Part shown: piece by piece, positions 58,986 to 64,000 of the stretch
How the letters are laid out: each line of letters opens with the position of its first letter
How positions within the stretch are numbered: the first letter of the stretch is position 1
Assembly: GCA_902561355.1 (NCBI GenBank)
Contig: CACEPG010000001.1
Location: 28,457 to 92,456, forward strand
Direction of reading: 5' to 3'
Source: an uncultured Alphaproteobacteria bacterium
GTDB lineage: Bacteria; Pseudomonadota; Alphaproteobacteria; HIMB59; GCA-002718135
DNA: 64,000 nt
Position numbers and translations under genes: made by a program
Notes under the pieces: model-generated
The model's input: the letters and a program-made list of their open reading frames with translations, nothing else
The model's database searches: none
Told to the model about the DNA's origin: nothing

Positions 58986-59564
58986 ATGACTGATTTTTTA
59001 GATAGAATATTAGAAATTTTTATATCAGATCTATTGCCTGAAACTGAAATTAGTGTGTCAAAGGGTAATAAAATATTTGGAGCTTTTGCTTTAAAAAAAA
59101 ATTATGACTTTCTGTGCATAGGAACAAATAATGAAATTATAAATCCATTATTTCACGGTGAAGTTAGTACTATATTTAATTTATTTAAGAAAAATAATAT
59201 TAATCCTAAAGACTATTATTTTGTAAGTTCACATCAGCCATGTTCTTTGTGTTTATCTGCTATTGCTTGGGCTGGTTTTGACAATTTTTATTATTTATTT
59301 CCATATGAAGATACAAAAAATAGTTTTAACATTCCACATGATTTAAAAATTTTAGAAGAAATATTTAATATTAAAAAAGGTAATTATATTAAATCAAATA
59401 AATACTGGGATAGTTTTTTTATTATTGAAGAAGTTAATAAAATAAATGATGATTTTACTAAAAATAATTTATTACAAAAAATAAAGAAAATTAATGAAAG
59501 TTACTTGGAACTATCAAAAAAATACCAAAAAAATAAGGAAAATAATAATATACCATTAAATTAA
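58986..59564 (+). CDS. Zn-dependent nucleoside/nucleobase deaminase (CDA superfamily)
   Basis: GNKIFGA, PLFHGE (HxE), PCSLC (PCxxC). Confidence 0.85.
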   Translation: MTDFLDRILEIFISDLLPETEISVSKGNKIFGAFALKKNYDFLCIGTNNEIINPLFHGEVSTIFNLFKKNNINPKDYYFVSSHQPCSLCLSAIAWAGFDNFYYLFPYEDTKNSFNIPHDLKILEEIFNIKKGNYIKSNKYWDSFFIIEEVNKINDDFTKNNLLQKIKKINESYLELSKKYQKNKENNNIPLN

Positions 59565-59595
59565 TTATTTAAATTAATGAGAGAAAGTATAAAAG

Positions 59596-59744
59596 ATATT
59601 TTAGTTGGGAGATACTGTTTAAATACGGAGCCGAAGGAGCAACGACCCGGAAACTCTCAGGCAAAAGGACCAACAAAGTTAAAATCTGGAAAAAGAGAAA
59701 TATCTCTACCGAAGGTGCAAACACTCTCAGGTAAAAAGACAGAG
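59596..59744 (+). promoter_or_regulatory. Tandem glycine riboswitch upstream of gcvT
   Basis: Aptamer 1: GTTGGGAGA...CCGAAGGAGCAA...CTCTCAGGCAAAAGGACCAAC. Aptamer 2: TCTGGAAA...CCGAAGGTGCAA...CTCTCAGGTAAAAAGACAGA. Confidence 0.95.
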
Positions 59745-59764
59745 CGGTTTTAGGATAAAGTAGT

Positions 59765-60886
59765 TTGACTGAATTAAATCTTAATATTTCTCTAAATGAT
59801 TTTCATATATCTAAAGGTGCTAAAATGGTTCCTTTTGCAGGCTATAATATGCCAATTAATTATAAATCAGGTATTATTAATGAACATAATTATGTAAGAA
59901 ATCATTCAGGTGTATTTGATGTTAGTCATATGGGGCAAATACTTATTCCAATAAATGAATATAATATTAGTAATTTAGAAAAATTTATTCCTCTTCAATT
60001 AAAAAAATTAAAATTAAATAAATCTTATTATTCATTCATATTAAATAAAAAGGGAGGCATTATTGATGATATTATTTTATCTAATATTATTTTACATAAT
60101 AGTTCTTATTTTTATATAGTTTATAATGCTTCAAGAAAAAAACAAGATGAAGAAATTTTTTCAGAATTTACTTCTCAATATGAATTATTAAATAAAAATT
60201 GTTTATTTGCTCTTCAAGGTCCACTTTCATATGAAGTATTAGCTAAATTTATAAAAATACCTAATGGTATTAATTTTTTAGAATTTTTCCACACTAATTT
60301 TAATAATAAAACAATTTTAATAACTAGATCTGGATATACAGGTGAAGATGGTTTCGAAATTTCAATTCCTGAAGAAATTGCTGAAATTTTTTTAAATAAT
60401 TTATTAGAAGATGCTAATACAATATTATGTGGATTAGGGTCACGTGATTCTTTAAGAGTAGAAGCTGGATTAAGTTTATATGGGCATGAACTTAATGAAA
60501 ATATTACACCAATTGAAGCTGGTCTGTTATGGGCAATAGATAAAGAAAGATTAAAAGATAATTTTTTGAATGGCTCAAATCATCTTATTAGGCAAATAGA
60601 TAGTAAACTATCTAAAAAAAAAATAGGAATTATATCTGTTAATAAATCAATGATTAGAGAAGGTATGAGCATAATAGATAAAAACAAAAAAATAATAGGT
60701 AAAGTCACAAGTGGTTGTTATTCACCAAACCTAAACAAATCTATTGGTTTATGCTATATTAATACTGAATTTGACTTAAATAATCAGTTATTTTGTGAAA
60801 TTAGAAATAATATGGAACTTATGAAAGAAACAAGTCTTCCATTTGTTAAAAAAAATTATAAAAAAAATGGAGAAAATAATGAGTGA
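59765..60886 (+). CDS. gcvT: Glycine cleavage T protein (aminomethyltransferase)
   Basis: MVPFAGYNMP, FDVSHMG, RSGYTGEDGFE, GSRDSLRVEAG; TTG start. Confidence 0.95.
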   Translation: MTELNLNISLNDFHISKGAKMVPFAGYNMPINYKSGIINEHNYVRNHSGVFDVSHMGQILIPINEYNISNLEKFIPLQLKKLKLNKSYYSFILNKKGGIIDDIILSNIILHNSSYFYIVYNASRKKQDEEIFSEFTSQYELLNKNCLFALQGPLSYEVLAKFIKIPNGINFLEFFHTNFNNKTILITRSGYTGEDGFEISIPEEIAEIFLNNLLEDANTILCGLGSRDSLRVEAGLSLYGHELNENITPIEAGLLWAIDKERLKDNFLNGSNHLIRQIDSKLSKKKIGIISVNKSMIREGMSIIDKNKKIIGKVTSGCYSPNLNKSIGLCYINTEFDLNNQLFCEIRNNMELMKETSLPFVKKNYKKNGENNE

Positions 60887-61250
60887 AAAAAAATACAGTG
60901 AAGATCATGAATGGGTTACTATTCAAAACGATATAGCTACTATTGGAATTTCTAATCATGCTCAAGAAAGCTTAGGTGATATAGTTTTTATTGAATTACC
61001 TGAAATTGGAAAAAGTGTTAAAGCTAAAGACTCTTTATGTGTTGTTGAATCAGTAAAAGCTGCATCAGATATTTATTCACCACTTGATGGTGATATAACT
61101 GAAGTTAATAAAGATTTAGAAAATGATGCTTCTATAATTAATCAAGATGCAGAAAATAATGGTTGGATTTTTAAAATTAAGATTCATAATCCAGATCAAC
61201 TTAATAATTTGATGAATTCTGATGATTATAATAAATTTTTAGAAAAATAA
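60879..61250 (+). CDS. gcvH: Glycine cleavage H protein
   Basis: YSEDHEW, LGDIVF, VESVKAASD (lipoyl Lys). Start placed at ATG 60879 with a GGAG SD. Confidence 0.95.
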   Translation: MSEKKYSEDHEWVTIQNDIATIGISNHAQESLGDIVFIELPEIGKSVKAKDSLCVVESVKAASDIYSPLDGDITEVNKDLENDASIINQDAENNGWIFKIKIHNPDQLNNLMNSDDYNKFLEK

Positions 61251-64000
61251 TGATAGATATAGATACTTTTGCTAGTAGGCACATAGGGCCAAGAAATAAT
61301 GATATTGAAGAAATGCTGAAAGTAGTTGGTTGCAAATCACTTGATGATTTAATTAATAAAACTGTACCTAGTCATATACTCATTAAAGATAAATTAAATT
61401 TAAGACCAGGTATGTCTGAAGAATTTAATAAAACAAATATGCAACTTTTATCTTTAAAAAATAATTTTAAAAAAACATACATAGGGCTAGGATATCACAA
61501 CACAATAATGCCAAGCGTTATCCAAAGAAATATTCTTGATAACCCAGGTTGGTACACTGCATATACTCCATATCAAGCTGAAATTGCACAGGGCCGTCTT
61601 GAAATGTTAATGAATTTTCAACAAATGATTATAGATTTAACAGGTATGGATATTGCTAACGCTTCATTACTTGATGAAAGTACTGCTGCAGCTGAAGCTA
61701 TGATGATGGCTTATAAAATTAAAAAAAATAAGTTACATACTTTTTGTTTGCAAAATACCTGCCATCCTCAAACCATTTCTGTTTTAAAAACTAGAGCAAA
61801 GCCCCTCGGAATTAAAATTATTGATGGTGAGCCCAATAAAGATACATTTGGCTGTTTAATTCAAAATCCAGATACATACGGAGAAATATTTAACCTTGAT
61901 GAATTAATAACTACTAATAAATCCAAAAATTTAGTTACTATAGTTTCTGCAGATATAATGAGTTTAGTATTATTAAAATCACCAGGTTCTTCTGGTGCTG
62001 ATATAGTTGTCGGAACCACACAAAGATTTGGTGTCCCGATGTTTGGAGGGGGACCACATGCTGGCTATCTTTCAACAAAAGAAGATTATAAAAGATTGAT
62101 TCCAGGCAGATTAATAGGTGTATCAGTTGATAGAAACAATAAAAGAGCCTATAGAATGGCTCTACAAACAAGAGAGCAGCACATTAGAAGAGAAAAGGCA
62201 ACAAGTAATATATGTACTGCACAGGCTGGTTTGGCAATTATTGCAGCTGCATACGCGATATACCATGGTCCTGAAAGATTAAAAAAAATTGCTAGTACGA
62301 TTAACTATCTTACTAGATATTTTAAAAAAGCATTACAAGAACTTGGTTTCAAGATAAATTCAAAAACATACTTTGATACTTTACTAATTGAAAATAATAA
62401 AGCTGAATATTGGTTTAACAAATCAATTTCAGAAGGAATAAATTTTAGATTTATTGACAATAATCATTTTTCAATAACTTTTGATGAATCTACAACTTTA
62501 GAAGATATTGATAATCTTATAAAATTTTTTAATGAAAATAATTTAAAAATTAATTTTGATAATATTGAAAATAATTTAGATGTAATTTTTGATGGTAATA
62601 GTTTTCTTCGTGAAGATAAAATATTATCTCACCCCGTTTTTAATATATATCATTCAGAAACTGAAATGATGAGATATCTAAAAAAACTTGAAAATAAAGA
62701 TCTTGCTCTTAATAGAACGATGATACCACTTGGTTCATGCACAATGAAGTTAAATGCTGCATCAGAATTGCTACCTATTACTTTGCCAGGTTTTGCTAAT
62801 GCCCACCCTTTTTTAGAAAAACATCAGAGAGAAGGTTTTAATCAACTAATTCATGAATTAATAGCAATGCTTAAAGATATAACTGGATTTGATGCTATTT
62901 CATTACAGCCAAATGCTGGAGCTCAAGGAGAATTTGCAGGTTTATTGGCAATTAAAAAGTATCATGAGTCAAAAAATGAAGGACATAGAAATATATGTTT
63001 AATCCCTAATAGTGCTCACGGCACTAATCCAGCTAGTGCACAAATGTGTGGTATGGATGTGTCAATTGTTAAATGTGACTCACTAGGAAATATTGACATT
63101 GGTCATTTAGAACAAAAAATATCAGAAGCTGGAAAAAATTTATCTGCCTTAATGATTACTTACCCATCTACTCATGGTGTTTTTGAGGAGTCAATTTCAG
63201 AAATATGTGAAAAAATTCATAAAGCAGGAGCTTTTGTTTATATGGATGGTGCAAATCAAAACGCCATGGTAGGAATTACCAAACCTGGAAAATTTGGACC
63301 AGATGTTTCACATATGAATTTACATAAAACTTATTCAATTCCCCATTTTTCTGGTGGCCCAGGTGTTGGACCTATAGGAGTTAAGTCACATTTTGAAAAA
63401 TTTTTACCAGGACATCCAATTATTAATAATGAAAATAGCGTAACTGAATTAACCGCTGTATCTTCAGCTCCATGGGGAAGTTTAGGAATATTACCAATCA
63501 CGCATTCATATATTTCTATGATGGGTGATGATGGACTTAAATTAGCTACTCAAGTTGCAATATTAAACGCCAACTACATCAAAGAAAAATTAAAAGATTA
63601 TTTCCCTCTTTTATATTCAGGTAAAAATGGAATGGTAGCCCATGAATGTATAATTGATATTAGACCAATAAAAGATGAATTAAATATTTCTGAAGAAGAT
63701 ATTGCAAAAAGATTAATTGATTATGGTTTTCATGCCCCTACAATGTCTTTTCCTGTCCCTGGAACATTAATGATTGAGCCTACTGAAAGTGAATCTAAAG
63801 AAGAAATAGACAGGTTCATCACTGCAATGCAATCTATTCATAAAGAAATAGAAAAAATCCGTAATAGTAAATATGACCGTGATGATAATCCTATAAAAAA
63901 TGCCCCTCATACTATTGAAGAAATATCAGGAGATAATTGGACTCATTCTTATTCAAGAAGTGATGCTGCATACCCACATTCGTACTTATATAACAATAAA
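61250..64000 (+). CDS. gcvP: Glycine dehydrogenase (decarboxylating), single-chain P protein, 3'-truncated; missing from the ORF track
   Basis: ATG overlaps the gcvH stop (TAATG). Translated by hand in one frame: FASRHIGP, YTAYTPYQAEIAQGRLE, QRFGVP, REQHIRREKATSNICTAQ, PLGSCTMKLN, AHGTNPASA, NLHKT, DYGFHAPT. Confidence 0.95.
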   Translation, partial: MIDIDTFASRHIGPRNNDIEEMLKVVGCKSLDDLINKTVPSHILIKDKLNLRPGMSEEFNKTNMQLLSLKNNFKKTYIGLGYHNTIMPSVIQRNILDNPGWYTAYTPYQAEIAQGRLEMLMNFQQMIIDLTGMDIANASLLDESTAAAEAMMMAYKIKKNKLHTFCLQNTCHPQTISVLKTRAKPLGIKIIDGEPNKDTFGCLIQNPDTYGEIFNLDELITTNKSKNLVTIVSADIMSLVLLKSPGSSGADIVVGTTQRFGVPMFGGGPHAGYLSTKEDYKRLIPGRLIGVSVDRNNKRAYRMALQTREQHIRREKATSNICTAQAGLAIIAAAYAIYHGPERLKKIASTINYLTRYFKKALQELGFKINSKTYFDTLLIENNKAEYWFNKSISEGINFRFIDNNHFSITFDESTTLEDIDNLIKFFNENNLKINFDNIENNLDVIFDGNSFLREDKILSHPVFNIYHSETEMMRYLKKLENKDLALNRTMIPLGSCTMKLNAASELLPITLPGFANAHPFLEKHQREGFNQLIHELIAMLKDITGFDAISLQPNAGAQGEFAGLLAIKKYHESKNEGHRNICLIPNSAHGTNPASAQMCGMDVSIVKCDSLGNIDIGHLEQKISEAGKNLSALMITYPSTHGVFEESISEICEKIHKAGAFVYMDGANQNAMVGITKPGKFGPDVSHMNLHKTYSIPHFSGGPGVGPIGVKSHFEKFLPGHPIINNENSVTELTAVSSAPWGSLGILPITHSYISMMGDDGLKLATQVAILNANYIKEKLKDYFPLLYSGKNGMVAHECIIDIRPIKDELNISEEDIAKRLIDYGFHAPTMSFPVPGTLMIEPTESESKEEIDRFITAMQSIHKEIEKIRNSKYDRDDNPIKNAPHTIEEISGDNWTHSYSRSDAAYPHSYLYNNK

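Noticed and set aside
59223..59252. Deaminase pseudo-enzyme because of SSHQPC instead of EPC
   Set aside because: The catalytic HxE and both Zn cysteines are intact.
4777..62171. Short ORF-track entries antisense to or nested in real genes (e.g. 4777-5025, 8662-8946, 12831-13112, 25416-25730, 31542-31946, 33400-33705, 36624-36980, 48751-49158, 54215-54415, 61938-62171)
   Set aside because: They lie within well-supported genes, show no motifs, and have the Ile/Ser/Phe/Pro-rich composition expected of shadow frames.
1..64000. CRISPR array, IS/transposase, integrase, rRNA
   Set aside because: I saw no regularly spaced repeats, cas, transposase or recombinase motifs, or long GC-rich rRNA-like tract.

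Overview
Very AT-rich (by eye below 30% GC), densely packed chromosomal segment of a streamlined marine alphaproteobacterium (Pelagibacterales/SAR11-like or HIMB59-like; inferred from the pcm-tolC-popZ-valS, argS-scpAB-tatABC-serS and metC/aapJQMP syntenies, an alpha-type LexA box and a glycine riboswitch before gcvTHP). Bases 1-28.9 kb are mostly catabolic and scavenging genes: M81 peptidase, SDRs, PQQ dehydrogenase, desaturase, adenine deaminase, an ABC importer without an ATPase gene, apt, thiolase/acyl-CoA dehydrogenase, and iolC-iolB-aldolase coupled to mtnP-mtnA-aldolase/SDR. The rest is largely housekeeping: aapJQMP, alaX, umuDC, tolC, valS, ilvD, xth, erpA, dgt, argS, scpAB, tatABC, serS, rlmJ, cspA, djlA, anmK, gcvTHP. 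Three tRNAs (Arg-UCU, Asn-GUU, Cys-GCA) and a tandem glycine riboswitch are present. I saw no CRISPR array, IS element, rRNA or prophage. Best leads: (1) a possible MTA/5'-deoxyadenosine DHAP shunt with a fused aldolase-SDR and a 3-His cupin, (2) an unassigned ~116-nt four-hairpin RNA at 58.8 kb, (3) a GcvP with an altered PLP glycine-rich loop, (4) a 92-aa minimal PopZ, (5) a cspA operon with a half-size PnuC-like protein and an EF-hand protein. All calls come from reading motifs by eye; no database search was run.
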